Shown piece by piece: positions 24,034 to 24,160 of a stretch of DNA of 24,160 nt. This DNA comes from a virus. Lineage: Duplodnaviria; Caudoviricetes. The notes beneath the pieces are model-generated. The model saw nothing but the letters and a program-made list of their open reading frames with translations. It did not search any database and was not told where the DNA came from. Made by a program: the position numbers and the translations under genes. Where the stretch lies: positions 1 to 24,160 of the IMG/VR virus record IMGVR_UViG_3300009111_000169. One strand, given 5' to 3'. The first letter of the stretch is position 1, and the number at the start of each line of letters is the position of its first letter.

Positions 24034-24160
24034 TTGACAGTACATCGCCCGGTGGCGCGGGCATTGGAGAACGAGCGATGGACAGCGCTGCCAAACACAC
24101 GCCGGGGCCGTGGACCATTGAGCACCCATCGGACGTGACCACGCAAATCTATGCCTACAA

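Noticed and set aside
24034-24039. TTGACA right after the tRNA
   Set aside because: No plausible -10 element 16-18 nt downstream.

Overview
High-GC (Myxococcota-like by inference) tailed phage or prophage DNA. A tightly coupled minus-strand late operon (about 22276 to <1) encodes small ORFs, a putative small terminase, terminase large subunit, five small coupled ORFs, a P22-type portal, scaffold, major capsid, decoration/Ig-like proteins, head-tail adaptor, a 1115-aa tail nozzle, three ejection/pilot proteins and a signal-peptide-bearing fibre-like protein. With no long tail tube or sheath gene, this is podovirus-like. A divergent plus-strand cassette (22491-24033) holds five small ORFs and an atypical tRNA-Thr(UGU). 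Main observations: (1) an antisense 92-aa HTH gene between portal and scaffold whose C-terminal 38 aa are an ungapped paralog of the portal's C-terminal segment (16/38 identical); (2) a 15-bp palindromic operator found twice over the scaffold/capsid promoter and once over the late-operon promoter; (3) a 1168-bp host-like DTW (TapT) fragment, flanked by 15-bp direct repeats, that splits a 54-aa phage ORF; (4) a perfect 35-bp inverted repeat enclosing an SD and ATG. No integrase, lysis genes, CRISPR array or reverse transcriptase was seen. All product calls come from motif recognition and gene order, not database searches.
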